Source: Planctomycetota bacterium
GTDB taxonomy: Bacteria > Planctomycetota > GCA-002687715 > DRQF01
Direction of reading: 5' to 3'
Length of the DNA: 64,000 nucleotides
Assembly: GCA_036479435.1 (NCBI GenBank)
Contig: JAZGFI010000103.1
Span: forward strand, 33,955-97,954
In this document: positions 47,274 to 57,668 of the stretch, piece by piece
Layout of the letters: every line of letters starts with the position of its first letter
Numbering within the stretch: position 1 is the stretch's first letter
Translations under genes and position numbers: made by a program
The notes under the pieces: generated by a model
Databases searched by the model: none
What the model saw: the letters and a program-made list of their open reading frames with translations, nothing else
Told to the model about the DNA's origin: nothing

Positions 47274-48794
47274 ATGATCGCGAACACCCTGAAAATTCTG
47301 CAAGGTTCTTTGACGCTCTCGTTGACGATTGGGTTTTTGCTGGGGGCGATGGGCGCGCCATCGTTGCTTGCCGACGAGATAAAGCTCAAATCCGGTGAGA
47401 CCTTTTCGAATGTGAAGATTCTGAAGCAAACGGAAACGACGCTGCGCGTTCGCTTTTCGAGTGGGAAAAAGCGAACGCTCAAACTCGTCGATGTCGAATC
47501 GCAGGTCGTGAAACCGACAACCGCGGATCAGTTTGCCATCAAGGCCAAGGCTCTCGGCCGAAAAGATAAGGCGGGGATGATTGCGCTGGCCAAATGGGGT
47601 CTTGAGAACGATGCAAGGCCTGAAGCTCGTAAGTTGCTGAGCAAGCTGCTCAAAAAGAACAAAAAGGATGCGGAGATTCGCACCTTGTTGGGGCATGAGC
47701 AGGGTGAAGACGGCAAATGGCGCTACGGCAAAGCGCTCAAAAAGTACCAGACGAATCTCAAAGGCGAACAGCTGAAGGCTCAGGGCTGGGTGAAGATCAA
47801 AGGCGAATGGGTAACGCCCTTCATCGCACGGCGCCTGAAAGCGAAGCTCGTCGAACACGAGGGTCGATGGATCAAGCGCGAGACCCTTAAGAAACTCGAA
47901 GCCGGCAAGATCTTCGTCGAGGGTACTTGGTACGAAAAAACCGACCGGGCGCAGCTCGACGAGGGAATGCGCCGTGAGGACGGCAAGTGGTTAGCGATTA
48001 GCGAACTGAATGCCAGCCATCGCGTCGAAGGCAATCCCTGGGAACTCGAGATGGATCACTACTTCGTGAGTGGCCGCATCAGTCATAAAAATCTCACGAG
48101 GGTTGCCAAGCATCTCGAGGCGAGTTGGCAGCCGTTGATGGACTTGTTCGGTGACGGACCCTTGGCCGCCGACCGCGGATCAAAAATCAACGTTTTCATT
48201 GCTAAGAGCCAAGACGAGGCCGCCAGCATTTGCAACGACAAAAACCCAGACAAACGCCAGGACGTTTACAACGAACGCACCGGCGGGGTGGCCTTTGCGG
48301 ACGGCGGCGCGATCACCTATTGGCACAGCTTGGCCTATGCCGTCCGTTGGTCGCAACACGCCGCGGCTCAGGACTATCTGAACCGAGTCTTTGGCTATGC
48401 CCGGCTCAAATCACCGGCCTACGAAATGGTGGGCGCCTACTTTGAGTCCTTCGTCAATGGCAAGTACCGGCCGGATGGTGACGTTGGCACGCGAATTGGT
48501 GAGTGGAAAAAGGCCTCTTTGAAGTCTGCGCTCTACGACTTTGACATCTTAGTGGCACCGGCCAGCGTCACCGCAGGCGAAGATGCTTGGGCGAAACTTG
48601 GTTTTGCCATGCACTATTTGGTCGAGAAGCATCCAGAAATCACGAAGGCCTGGTTGCGCAGCTGGGCCCACGGAAACGCCGAAGTTCGCGACTTGTTGGC
48701 TCAGATCAACGAGAAGATGAAGGACGAAGCCGATAGGGATTTGCAGCGCTTTGCGAAAGGCTTCTCCAAGAATTGGAAAGCGCCTCGTTTTTGA
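47274..48794 (+). CDS. secreted hypothetical protein (Lys-rich N-terminal region)
   Basis: Signal peptide (LTLSLTIGFLLGAMGAPSLLA). 506 aa. No confident domain assignment. Confidence 0.4.
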   Translation: MIANTLKILQGSLTLSLTIGFLLGAMGAPSLLADEIKLKSGETFSNVKILKQTETTLRVRFSSGKKRTLKLVDVESQVVKPTTADQFAIKAKALGRKDKAGMIALAKWGLENDARPEARKLLSKLLKKNKKDAEIRTLLGHEQGEDGKWRYGKALKKYQTNLKGEQLKAQGWVKIKGEWVTPFIARRLKAKLVEHEGRWIKRETLKKLEAGKIFVEGTWYEKTDRAQLDEGMRREDGKWLAISELNASHRVEGNPWELEMDHYFVSGRISHKNLTRVAKHLEASWQPLMDLFGDGPLAADRGSKINVFIAKSQDEAASICNDKNPDKRQDVYNERTGGVAFADGGAITYWHSLAYAVRWSQHAAAQDYLNRVFGYARLKSPAYEMVGAYFESFVNGKYRPDGDVGTRIGEWKKASLKSALYDFDILVAPASVTAGEDAWAKLGFAMHYLVEKHPEITKAWLRSWAHGNAEVRDLLAQINEKMKDEADRDLQRFAKGFSKNWKAPRF

Positions 48795-49006
48795 TTTCAG
48801 CGAAAATTGACATCCACTGAGCGCGTAAAAGGCCATTCTAAAAAGAGTGCCTTGACGACCAATCCGTCCCTTGTCACAAGGATGCGTCCGCGAGTGCCGA
48901 TAAGTTCGGCGGAAGTCGTCAGAAGCCTCGCGATACTCGTTCTGCTTTGGTTTTGCGCTGCTTTTTACACATAACAAACATTATCGGACCCTAAGAGTTC
49001 CGCTCC

Positions 49007-50317
49007 GTGTCCCAAAACGACCACCACACCACCGATCTCACCAAAGCTTTTGAAGTTGAGGAAAAAGCCCTCTACGGGCTCAGCCCCTTCGAAGCTGCTT
49101 CTTACTTCTTTGACCTTGCCGCGGCGCACCTGGGGCTTTCGGAATCTTCCGCGAGCATCCTGCGGACGCCGTATCGCGAGATCAACGTCCAGCTTCCCCT
49201 GCTGCGCGACGACGGCCGCACGATGCTCAACTTCGTGGGATACCGCGTGCACCACAATGGCGCTCGCGGGCCCTACAAGGGCGGCATCCGCTATCACCCC
49301 GATGCCAATGCCGACGAAGTTCGCGCTCTCGCGGCGCTGATGACCTGGAAAACGGCTTTGGTCGATATTCCCTTCGGCGGCGCCAAGGGCGGCATCGACT
49401 GCGATCCAAGTGACCTCTCGACGAGTGAGATGCGTCGTCTGACCCGAGACTTCACGCGCAAAATCCGCATGATTATCGGGCCTTACCGCGACATCCCGGC
49501 CCCTGACGTCGGCACCAACGCCCAAGTCATGGCTTGGATGATGGATGAGTACGGCCGCAGCGCCGGTCACTCCCCCGCCGTCGTCACCGGAAAACCGATC
49601 GAACTCGGCGGCTCCTTGGGTCGCAACGAGGCGACCGGGCGCGGCGTCGCCATCATCACCCGTCTGGCTTGCCGCGACGCGGGCGTCGAACTCAAAGACG
49701 CGCGCATCGTTATTCAGGGCTACGGAAACGTGGGGACTTTTGCCGCCTTTTTCCTCGATGAGATGGGCGCGAAGATTACCTGTGTATCGGACGTCAACGG
49801 CGGTATCTGCAACGATGATGGCATCGATCTTAAGGCCCTCAACCGGCACGTTGACAACAAGGGCACGGTCGTGGGCTACACCGGTTCGGAGCCAATCTCC
49901 AACACTGAGCTCTTGGCGCACCCTTGCGACATCCTCATTCCCGCTGCTCTCGGTGAGGTCATCCGCAAACGCAACTGTGACCAAGTCGACTGTAAAGTCG
50001 TCATCGAGGCTGCCAACCACCCCATCACCCCGTTCGCCGACAAGGCCCTCAACGATCGCGGCATCTTGGTCGTCCCGGACATCCTCGCGAATGCCGGCGG
50101 CGTCACCTGCTCCTACTTTGAATGGACTCAAAACATCCAGCAGTTCCGTTGGGATTTGGGCACCATCAATACCGAACTCGAAAAGACCTTGACTCGTGCC
50201 TACGAGGAAGTGAAATCCACCTCCGACCGCGAACAGATCAGTCAGCGCTTGGCCGCCTTCATCGTGGCTGTCGAACGCGTCAGCCGAGCCTCTCGCTTGC
50301 GCAGTTACGGCGAATAA
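49007..50317 (+). CDS. gdh: Glu/Leu/Phe/Val dehydrogenase (glutamate dehydrogenase)
   Basis: GTG start. Catalytic-lysine motif PFGGAKGGIDCDP. NAD(P) Rossmann GYGNVG. ~435 aa. Confidence 0.9.
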   Translation: MSQNDHHTTDLTKAFEVEEKALYGLSPFEAASYFFDLAAAHLGLSESSASILRTPYREINVQLPLLRDDGRTMLNFVGYRVHHNGARGPYKGGIRYHPDANADEVRALAALMTWKTALVDIPFGGAKGGIDCDPSDLSTSEMRRLTRDFTRKIRMIIGPYRDIPAPDVGTNAQVMAWMMDEYGRSAGHSPAVVTGKPIELGGSLGRNEATGRGVAIITRLACRDAGVELKDARIVIQGYGNVGTFAAFFLDEMGAKITCVSDVNGGICNDDGIDLKALNRHVDNKGTVVGYTGSEPISNTELLAHPCDILIPAALGEVIRKRNCDQVDCKVVIEAANHPITPFADKALNDRGILVVPDILANAGGVTCSYFEWTQNIQQFRWDLGTINTELEKTLTRAYEEVKSTSDREQISQRLAAFIVAVERVSRASRLRSYGE

Positions 50318-50692
50318 CCGCCCCTAAGGACCGAATAATTATTTCCCAGCTCAAGAACTAGACTAGGGGGCCGATCATCAAGGATCGGCCTCCAGTTCAT
50401 GCGCGAGCGTGGCTTGGCGAACGATGAGAAACCGGTCTCTTGTTCGGAGTTTTGAGCCTTGCCTATTTCCGGCGTCAACGCGGCTGAAAATCCTCTCAGC
50501 AATTTTCGAATTCGATCGAATACGATTTCATTACGCCGGCCCCCCGTTCCCAACCCGCGACGTGAGGCTTCACTTGAAAATGCCGCCTTGCGTTCGTTCT
50601 TGCGCCGGATCGACCGTCTTCGGGGTAACGTGGACGAGCTCGGAGATTCCGTAAAGCGACCCCGCCCTACTGACACGGGGGAAGGAGCTTCT

Positions 50693-52165
50693 GTGACCAG
50701 CGGAAGTAACGTCAACCTCGTATCTTTGACGACCCATGCCACGCTGACCTCAGATCGAGAGATCAACGATGTGCCGACTTCGTTCACCCCTTTCACCCCG
50801 GAGTTTTCCGCCCCTTTGAGCACGGCGACGGTCACGGTTGGCGGCGAGTACGGCGGACAGCAAGGCGATGACGTCCTGACGGTCGTCGCGACAGTTGCGG
50901 GTGATGTTGGCGTGGGGACCGGGCCCAAGTTCGGTGTTCTTGACGGGCTCGGCAATCAGGTCGACGTCTTCTCCTTGGGATCGAGCTATGTCCCGGGTGA
51001 GGCGATCACCCTTTCGAATGGATTGGAACTGAGTTTTGAAGCTGGCTTCGTCCAACAAGACGACAGTTTTGACATCGAGGTGTCCACCGCTGTACCCTCG
51101 GCGGTCGATTCGTCTGCAGCATTCAATGGTACCGGCGCCAACAACCCTAACTTTGAACCCGGGGTGACAGTGACGGCCGGGTCGATCGAGATCAACGGCA
51201 CCACGATCAACGTCGCGGCCAACGACTCAATCGACACCCTGCTGCAAAAGATCTCGACTTCAAACGCGAAGGTCAATGCCAGCTACAACGCGCAAACTGA
51301 ACGCATCGAGTTGATCAGCCAAATCGCTGGGTCGGCGGGCGATATCGTTCTGGGCACCGACACGACCGGGTTTTTTGCCGCAACAAAACTCGACACGGGG
51401 ATCTCCACCGCCGGGAACGACGGGTTTCAAGGCGACGTCGACAGTAGGATTGCAGACATCTCTAGCCTTAACGGTATTTCGAGCGGCACCTTTGAGGTCA
51501 ATGGCGTTACGCTCAACGTGGATGTCGACAACGACAGCCTGCAGGATGTCATCGATACCATTAATGCGAGCGGCGCTGGAGTGACGGCGAGTTACGACGC
51601 TGAGAATGCGGACATCTCCATCGTTTCGAACTCCGGCGGCAGTATCGTTCTCGGCGACGGCACCAGTGATCTTTTTAGCGTCTTGGATGTCTCTACTGGA
51701 GTCAGCATCTCGCCTCGAAGAAATGGCGGCAACGCTGGCAACCCTCAGGTGATCTCCGACGCTTTCGAGAATATTACCCGGGAGTTCAACCGATTGTTTT
51801 CTGACCTCGGCGGCGTCTCTCCCCTTCAGCGCAATCTCGCGAATATCGACTTCAAGGGGGCTATTCGCGGTGCCTTTCAGCAGGCTTTCGGCGAGTTTTT
51901 AGGCGGCGACGAACTCGACACCGGGATTGGCATCGTCTTTGACTTCAGCGATGACGCAGATGAGTTGCTGCGTTTTGACGAGAGTGAGTTTCGCTCCTCG
52001 TTGCGTTCGAAGTCCGTTCGTGCCTCGCAGTTTTTAGGCGATGAGAAAGTTACCGGTGGCCGCGGTGGGCTTGCCACGCGGTTTGCCGACGCCATCAAGA
52101 GAATCGAGGATCGGGTTCAAGATCGGCTTGGAATTCTGGGCGGCGTGCTCGACATCTTGGCCTAA
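50693..52165 (+). CDS. protein with two flagellin/hook-associated 'IN'-motif repeats (FliD-like middle region), orphan
   Basis: Two ~60-aa repeats, GSIEINGTTINVAANDSIDTLLQKISTSNAKVNASYNAQTERIELIS and GTFEVNGVTLNVDVDNDSLQDVIDTINASGAGVTASYDAENADISIVS, match the flagellin_IN pattern (F.INGxxIxV...Lxd.IN...AGV.ASyd). GTG 50693 lies 5 nt after AAGGAG. The upstream in-frame TTG at 50459 is an alternative start. Confidence 0.45.
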   Translation: MTSGSNVNLVSLTTHATLTSDREINDVPTSFTPFTPEFSAPLSTATVTVGGEYGGQQGDDVLTVVATVAGDVGVGTGPKFGVLDGLGNQVDVFSLGSSYVPGEAITLSNGLELSFEAGFVQQDDSFDIEVSTAVPSAVDSSAAFNGTGANNPNFEPGVTVTAGSIEINGTTINVAANDSIDTLLQKISTSNAKVNASYNAQTERIELISQIAGSAGDIVLGTDTTGFFAATKLDTGISTAGNDGFQGDVDSRIADISSLNGISSGTFEVNGVTLNVDVDNDSLQDVIDTINASGAGVTASYDAENADISIVSNSGGSIVLGDGTSDLFSVLDVSTGVSISPRRNGGNAGNPQVISDAFENITREFNRLFSDLGGVSPLQRNLANIDFKGAIRGAFQQAFGEFLGGDELDTGIGIVFDFSDDADELLRFDESEFRSSLRSKSVRASQFLGDEKVTGGRGGLATRFADAIKRIEDRVQDRLGILGGVLDILA

Positions 52166-52241
52166 ACCACCGAGATCACTTTTCAATAAACTAACCATAC
52201 GGTGTTAGTCGCAATTCTCCCAGCAAATCGCGCGATCGCCT

Positions 52242-53486
52242 TTATCGCCGTTGATCCAAATACTCCGCGAGCTTGTCGTACTGCCGGTGCAGGTCGTGCT
52301 CATCGACGCCGAGAGGGTTTTTGAAATAGCAGGCCAGCTGCGGCATGAGGCCAGCTTCGCCTCTGCCCTTGGCAAAGTCCGCAAGCCGGACCATGTCGAG
52401 AACCAAGGGTGCGGCGAGGATGGCGTCGCAGCCCTGCCAAGTGAACTGCAGGCTCATCTTGTAGTTCAAAAAACCAGAGAAATGGATGAAGTCCCAGGCC
52501 GTCTTGAGGTCGTTTAGGGATGGCACGTAGTCGATCGCAACATGGGTGTGTAAGGGGTAGCCGAGGATTTGCTCCAACAGCCCGTCCTTAGTCGAGATCT
52601 TGGCTTTTTTGTTGGCGTCGTCGGCAAGCACTTCGCCGTCGCGATCCCCAAGGATGTTGTAGCCCTGCCAGGTTTCAACTTTAAGGTTGCGGTGTTTAAA
52701 CATCGGCGCGAGCGCGCTCTTAACCAAAGTCTCGCCGGTCTTGCCATCGTTGCCCATGACGGGCACGCCCTTTTTCAGCGCCAATTTTAGATGCGCCGGG
52801 GTAAGACCAGCATTGCTCGGGGCAAAGTTGAGATAGGCGTATCCGGACTCAATCGCGGCCCAAGCGTAAAGGCTACTGGCGCGAAGCGCTTTGCGATCGT
52901 CTGCCGCAATCAAACGTTTGAGCCCCGCCGGCGTTGCGTGCCGTTTGTCGAGTTCCAAGGGAGGCTCGGTCGACGCGACGTTGACGACGATGACGTCGCG
53001 TAGCCCTTCGCGGGATTGAAAGTCCTTCAGGTCCGCTTTGATGGCCTTCAGCTGCTCGGCGAGAGTCAGTTGCTTGCTGTGAGTCTTGGCTTTGCGGCTC
53101 GCGATTTTCGAGATGGCATCGCCACAATTGACGACCGTGCCGAGCCGTAGATTGGCTTGGAAGACTTCGAGTTCGGAGCGGATCTCTTGCAGCGGTTCCA
53201 AGGGAATCGTGCTGGTTTCGCGGTAGATCTCGTAGGCGCTCTCATAAAGATCAACCGGGCGAACGTCGTGCCCGCCAAACACTAGGTCGTCGAGAGCCGC
53301 AAAGCCAAAGCCACTGAGCGCCTCAGTTTCCGTCATGATCCCGGTTGCGGGTACCAAGCCTTTGGCGACCAGCTGAGTACCAGCGATAACCGTTGTGGCC
53401 AGTCCCCCACCCATTCCGATGATCCAGACCCCGAGCTTGCCTCGAGCGGAAGGCTTTGTCTTCGACTTGCGTTTTTTGGCCGGCAT
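52242..53486 (-). CDS. ino1: myo-inositol-1-phosphate synthase (inositol-3-phosphate synthase)
   Basis: KLGVWIIGMGGGLATTVIAG Rossmann start. GNDGKTGETLVKSALAPMF, YNILGD and AWDFIHFSGFL blocks match archaeal/bacterial MIPS closely. Confidence 0.8.
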   Translation of the reverse strand: MPAKKRKSKTKPSARGKLGVWIIGMGGGLATTVIAGTQLVAKGLVPATGIMTETEALSGFGFAALDDLVFGGHDVRPVDLYESAYEIYRETSTIPLEPLQEIRSELEVFQANLRLGTVVNCGDAISKIASRKAKTHSKQLTLAEQLKAIKADLKDFQSREGLRDVIVVNVASTEPPLELDKRHATPAGLKRLIAADDRKALRASSLYAWAAIESGYAYLNFAPSNAGLTPAHLKLALKKGVPVMGNDGKTGETLVKSALAPMFKHRNLKVETWQGYNILGDRDGEVLADDANKKAKISTKDGLLEQILGYPLHTHVAIDYVPSLNDLKTAWDFIHFSGFLNYKMSLQFTWQGCDAILAAPLVLDMVRLADFAKGRGEAGLMPQLACYFKNPLGVDEHDLHRQYDKLAEYLDQRR

Positions 53487-53494
53487 TCTTGCCC

Positions 53495-55255
53495 CTACTC
53501 CTTTGTTGCCCCACGGTCTTCGCTAAGACGGCCATCATTTGCTGACAGCTCCGTCCAAGGATCTCCCGCGGCAAGGGGAAATCGTCGACCGCGCCCGAAG
53601 GCTTTCTTCGTGACCCGAAGACCGGGCGGCATTTGACGTCGTTTGTATTCGTTGTGGCGCACTAAACGAAGAACGTCTCTTACGCAGTTAGGTTCATGTC
53701 CGCGTGCGACGATCTCTGCTGGGCTAAGTCCGTCTTCGATAGCCGCCTCGAGGATGTCGTCAAGCACATCATAGGGCGGCAAGCTGTCGGTGTCGGCTTG
53801 TTCAGCGCGCAGCTCTGCGCTAGGTGGTCGCTCAATGCTGCGCCGGGGGATGGGCCCGCCCGAGGTTTCGTTCCAGCGCCGGGACAAAGCGAAAACACTG
53901 GTCTTCGACAAGTCCGCGATCGGAGCCAAGGCCCCACACATGTCGCCATACAAAGTGCAGTATCCGGTCGCCAACTCAGACTTGTTGCCGGTGGCTAACA
54001 GTAAGGCCTGAGTTTCGTTGGCGAGGGCCATCAAGAACAAGCCGCGGATGCGCGGTTGGATGTTCTCGTCGGTTAAAGGCGAAAGTTCGGCGCCAAGTAC
54101 GGACCGCATCGAGTCGCCAGTCGCCAGGTGAACGGCTTCGATCGGCATGATTTTGAAATCGATGCCCAGGTTGCGGGCGAGTTCGGCGGCGTCGTCTTCG
54201 CTCATGTCAGCGGAGAATCGGGAAGGCATCGCAACGCCGGTGACGTTTTTTGCTCCCAAGGCTTTGGTGGCCAAAACCGCGACAAGGGCGGAGTCGATCC
54301 CGCCCGATAGTCCCAGAATGACTCGCTCGAATCCCGTCTTGTGCACGTAGCCCCGGATGCCGCAAACCAAAGCGGCTGCGATTTCGTCTAGCTCCGCGGC
54401 GCCCTGAGTTTGATGGCTTTCTAAAGGCGACAATTCACCGTTCGCTTCGTCGTCGAAGTAGACGATGTCCGCGTTGAATCCGGCCGCACGAACGAGGACG
54501 CGCCCTTTAGCATCAACTGCCGTCGAGTGGCCGTCAAAGATCAGGTCGTCGTTTCCGCCGACCAAGTTACATAGAGCCAAGGGGCGATTGAATCGTTGAG
54601 CGAGGCGACGCAAGAGTCTCTCGCGATAGGCTGGTCGCCCTTTTGCGTAAGGAGATGCCGACAAGTTGCAAATGAAATCGGCGCCCGCGGTGACCAAACT
54701 CAGTGGCGGATCGCCTTCGTAGCGCGGGCGAGCGAGTCCGTGTTCTTGCTCGCCCCAAATGTCTTCGCAGATCGTCGCCCCGATGCTTTTGCCTTCGAAG
54801 GTCCACAAGGATGGCGGCGCTTCTGTTGAGAAATAGCGCGCCTCGTCAAAGACGTCGTACTCTGGCAGCCAAGACTTGGCGACCCGGCCGAGCAGGCGAC
54901 CGCGTTCGGCAAAAACGGCATCGTTGGAAAGTGCTTTGCCGGCGGCCGTGTTCGCTCGTCTGCTGGTGCTGCCGAAGATGATCCGTACGCCTTGGGGCAA
55001 CTCGGAGATGAGTTGTTGTTCCTCAGCGTGAATCAAGCGCAGAAAACCGGCGTCGCCGAGCCAGTCTCCCGGCGAGTAGCCGGGAAGGGCGAGCTCAGGA
55101 AAGATCAGCAGCCGCGCCCCCGCCCCGGCGGCCTCACTTGCGGCATCCCGCAAGAGGACCCGGTTTCGCGCGGGGTCGGCCTGCACGGAGTCGATTTGGC
55201 AAAGTGCCGTTTTCAAGCTGATCTTTCGGATACCAAGGGTCTGTGGTCGCACCAT
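53495..55255 (-). CDS. nadE: glutamine-dependent NAD+ synthetase (nitrilase domain + NAD synthase domain)
   Basis: N-terminal CN-hydrolase domain. C-terminal PP-loop GLSGGIDSALVAVLA. The start is uncertain: ATG 55255 fits the conserved N-terminus, and the frame is open up to 55360. Confidence 0.85.
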   Translation of the reverse strand: MVRPQTLGIRKISLKTALCQIDSVQADPARNRVLLRDAASEAAGAGARLLIFPELALPGYSPGDWLGDAGFLRLIHAEEQQLISELPQGVRIIFGSTSRRANTAAGKALSNDAVFAERGRLLGRVAKSWLPEYDVFDEARYFSTEAPPSLWTFEGKSIGATICEDIWGEQEHGLARPRYEGDPPLSLVTAGADFICNLSASPYAKGRPAYRERLLRRLAQRFNRPLALCNLVGGNDDLIFDGHSTAVDAKGRVLVRAAGFNADIVYFDDEANGELSPLESHQTQGAAELDEIAAALVCGIRGYVHKTGFERVILGLSGGIDSALVAVLATKALGAKNVTGVAMPSRFSADMSEDDAAELARNLGIDFKIMPIEAVHLATGDSMRSVLGAELSPLTDENIQPRIRGLFLMALANETQALLLATGNKSELATGYCTLYGDMCGALAPIADLSKTSVFALSRRWNETSGGPIPRRSIERPPSAELRAEQADTDSLPPYDVLDDILEAAIEDGLSPAEIVARGHEPNCVRDVLRLVRHNEYKRRQMPPGLRVTKKAFGRGRRFPLAAGDPWTELSANDGRLSEDRGATKE

Positions 55256-55658
55256 CGGGGTTGGAGCCACGAAGAAGCCCCCTGTTGTACGGCCTGGCTC
55301 GGCCGCGATAAAGGCCCTGAGCTTTCGGGGTTCGGGCCCGTGCGGGGATTTCCGGCCCACTCGCTTGCCCCCCTGTCGTTACCTGGAGGGAACGTGTTTC
55401 GGTTTCGTAACAGGTTTGAATCCATGATTGGGGCCTATCATCGAGTCCTCGGCCTTGGCATTAAAGGTTGATGTGCCTTAACCAACGCCATTTCAACAGG
55501 TTAGGATGATGTAATTCGAATTCAGTCATTTGGCCCTATCCATCATTCTGGCATCTCCTTTGCTTTAGTTAACCGGAAAGACGCTCGATCCCCGGCTGGT
55601 TTGCCATGCCGATCGCGACGTTTTGCCAAGCAGTCCATAGAGACACAGGAGACAGGCA

Positions 55659-57608
55659 ATGAAGAAACTAGTATACCTTTCCTCCTTCATGGGGACTTTT
55701 CTGCTAGTGGCGAGCCTCGCGTTCGCTCACGGCGGTAATTACACCGGACCTGGCGGTACGGGATCCGGCGGCGGATTCTCACCTTCAGGTGGTGGTACTC
55801 CCGGCCCGGGTCCTGGACCCGGCGGTGGTGGTACGACCGGTGGCGGTTCTAACGGCGGCGGCGCGACCGGCCCTGGCGGCGGTCTTCCCGGTGGTCCGAC
55901 CGGACCTGGCGGCGGTGGCGGCGGCGGAAATGCTGGCGGACCTGGCGGCGGACTCGGTGGTGGCGGCGGTTCGACGCCCGGCGCTCGCAAGGCCGCCAGT
56001 GACGCGAACGTCACTTGGGCCGCTTGGTGGTTCTTCAACGATGATCGCTTCTTGAACCTCAAGGCGAAAGTTCGCGCCGACGAAGCGCAAACCGAAAACG
56101 CCGACTTGTTCCTGGGTGAAGACACCTCCGATGCCGGTAGCAACCGAATGCCCGCGAAGAAAATTCGCGAAGGTGTGTTGCCGGTTCTGCGCCTCGCGTT
56201 GAAGGACTCCTTCTACGACACGCGCGCTGCGGCCGTGATTGCCCTCGGCAAATGTGGCATGGGCGATGACCTCGCTGAAATCAAGTCTGTCCTCAACGAC
56301 CGTGACAAACGTGTCCGCGAATCGGCAGCGTTGGCGATGGGGATCCTTGGCGACAAGGAAGCCATCCCGACCCTCATCGAGATCATGAACAACACCAAGT
56401 CTGCGCGGAAATTGCTTCGCAAGGGCGGTGAAATTCTTCCCCGTACTCGTTCGTTCGCGGCTATCGCCATTGGTTTGATCGGTCGTCGTACCGACATCTC
56501 CGATACCGAAGGAACGCGCGCCCTCATCAAGCTCATGAACGACAAGAGAGCCACCAAGGCGCAAGTCGACCTCGCGGTCGGACCGATCGCCGCTCTCGGA
56601 ATCATGAAGTCGAAGGAAGCCATTCCCGAGCTCGTCAAGTACTTGAAGAACTCCAACAACCGCACCGTGGCCCGCTCGTTTGCAGCGACCTCGCTCGGCA
56701 AGATTGGTGATCGTTCGGCTCTTGAGCCGCTGTTGAAGTGCTTGAAGGACAAGCAGAACGCGATCGTTCAGTCCTCGACCATGGCTTTGGGTCAAATCCT
56801 TGAGCCCTCTGACACCAAAGAAGTGAAGCGCGTGAAGAAGCTCGTCTCGACGAGTGCTGACCTTTCGGTCAAGAACTTCGCGATCATGTCACTCGCTCAA
56901 ATCGGTGGCGACGAAAACCGTCAGTTCATCACGAGACTCGTGACCAAGGGTAAGGCTTTGCAAAAGCCCTTCGCTTCGCTCGCGGTCGGCGTGTTCTACT
57001 ACAACAACCCCGATTTCCTTCACCGGGAATCTGCGGCCAAGATCATCCACAAGGAGTTCAAGAGCACCAAGAACCCCTCGGATCTCGGCGCGCATGCGAT
57101 CGCTTTGGGTCTCATGAAGTACGACGCCGCTGGCGCCGACATTCTGAAGATCCTCAACAAGGGTGGCCAGGCTTCGCTTCGTCAGCACCTTGCGATCTCA
57201 CTCGGCCTCATGGACTACCGCGATTCCATCAAGGACATCCGGGAGATCGTGAAGGAAAAGGGTGATGTTGACTTGCGACGGAACTCCGCCATTGCTCTCG
57301 GTCTCCTCGGCGACCGTGGTGCCATGAAGTTCCTCAGCGAAGAAATCGCGAAGTCCTCGAACACGCAGCCGGTTCTCGGCGCCGTGACTCGTGGCCTCGG
57401 ATTCATCGGTGATGCGAGTGCGGTTCCGTTGTTGACGAAGATGGTCAAGGATTCGAAGAAGTTCAAGGACAACACGCGCGCCTTCTCGGCCGTGGCCTTG
57501 GGCTTGCTGGGCGACAAAGATCCCCTGCCCTTCACCGCCTCCATCTCTGAGAACAACAACTACATCCAGCGGACCGATGCGATCCGCGAAGTCCTGACGA
57601 TTCTCTAA
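55659..57608 (+). CDS. secreted HEAT-repeat (PBS-lyase-type) protein with Gly/Pro-rich N-terminal region, paralogue 1
   Basis: Signal peptide MKKLVYLSSFMGTFLLVASLAFA with the predicted cleavage site directly before HGGNY. An ~85-aa Gly/Pro tract, a conserved WAAWWFFNDDRFLNLKAK block, then >12 repeats of DxxVRxxAAxALGxxGD. Confidence 0.7.
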   Translation: MKKLVYLSSFMGTFLLVASLAFAHGGNYTGPGGTGSGGGFSPSGGGTPGPGPGPGGGGTTGGGSNGGGATGPGGGLPGGPTGPGGGGGGGNAGGPGGGLGGGGGSTPGARKAASDANVTWAAWWFFNDDRFLNLKAKVRADEAQTENADLFLGEDTSDAGSNRMPAKKIREGVLPVLRLALKDSFYDTRAAAVIALGKCGMGDDLAEIKSVLNDRDKRVRESAALAMGILGDKEAIPTLIEIMNNTKSARKLLRKGGEILPRTRSFAAIAIGLIGRRTDISDTEGTRALIKLMNDKRATKAQVDLAVGPIAALGIMKSKEAIPELVKYLKNSNNRTVARSFAATSLGKIGDRSALEPLLKCLKDKQNAIVQSSTMALGQILEPSDTKEVKRVKKLVSTSADLSVKNFAIMSLAQIGGDENRQFITRLVTKGKALQKPFASLAVGVFYYNNPDFLHRESAAKIIHKEFKSTKNPSDLGAHAIALGLMKYDAAGADILKILNKGGQASLRQHLAISLGLMDYRDSIKDIREIVKEKGDVDLRRNSAIALGLLGDRGAMKFLSEEIAKSSNTQPVLGAVTRGLGFIGDASAVPLLTKMVKDSKKFKDNTRAFSAVALGLLGDKDPLPFTASISENNNYIQRTDAIREVLTIL

Positions 57609-57627
57609 GGACTGGATGCTCACTTTG

Positions 57628-57668
57628 ACCGGGCGAAGTCTGAATGGACTTCGCCCGGTTTTTTTGTG
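57628..57668 (+). terminator. intrinsic terminator
   Basis: accgggcgaagtc-tgaatg-gacttcgcccggt is a perfect 13-bp stem, followed by ttttttt, 20 nt after the stop codon. Confidence 0.75.

Noticed and set aside
55585-55600. GG-N-GC elements upstream of both HEAT genes (ctggtttgccatgcc and ccggattgctccgcc), tested as sigma-54 promoters
   Set aside because: The GG-to-GC spacing is 10 rather than the 12 required for -24/-12 promoters. They are kept only as part of the conserved duplicated 5' region.
55734-55989. GC-rich ggcggcggt tandem-like DNA repeats (also at 58224-58470), considered as a microsatellite or mobile repeat
   Set aside because: They lie inside the reading frames of the two HEAT-repeat genes and simply encode the Gly/Pro-rich linkers. 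This is coding low complexity, not an independent repeat element.
55785-56795. 336-aa antisense ORF (and similar long antisense ORFs 48965-50131, 42796-44355, 19853-20917, 18908-19603, 28478-29194)
   Set aside because: All are opposite strongly supported genes (HEAT protein, gdh, rpsA, repeat protein, ABC ATPase). Their translations are Arg/Gly/Ala-rich with no motifs. They are typical stop-codon-poor antisense frames in high-GC DNA.
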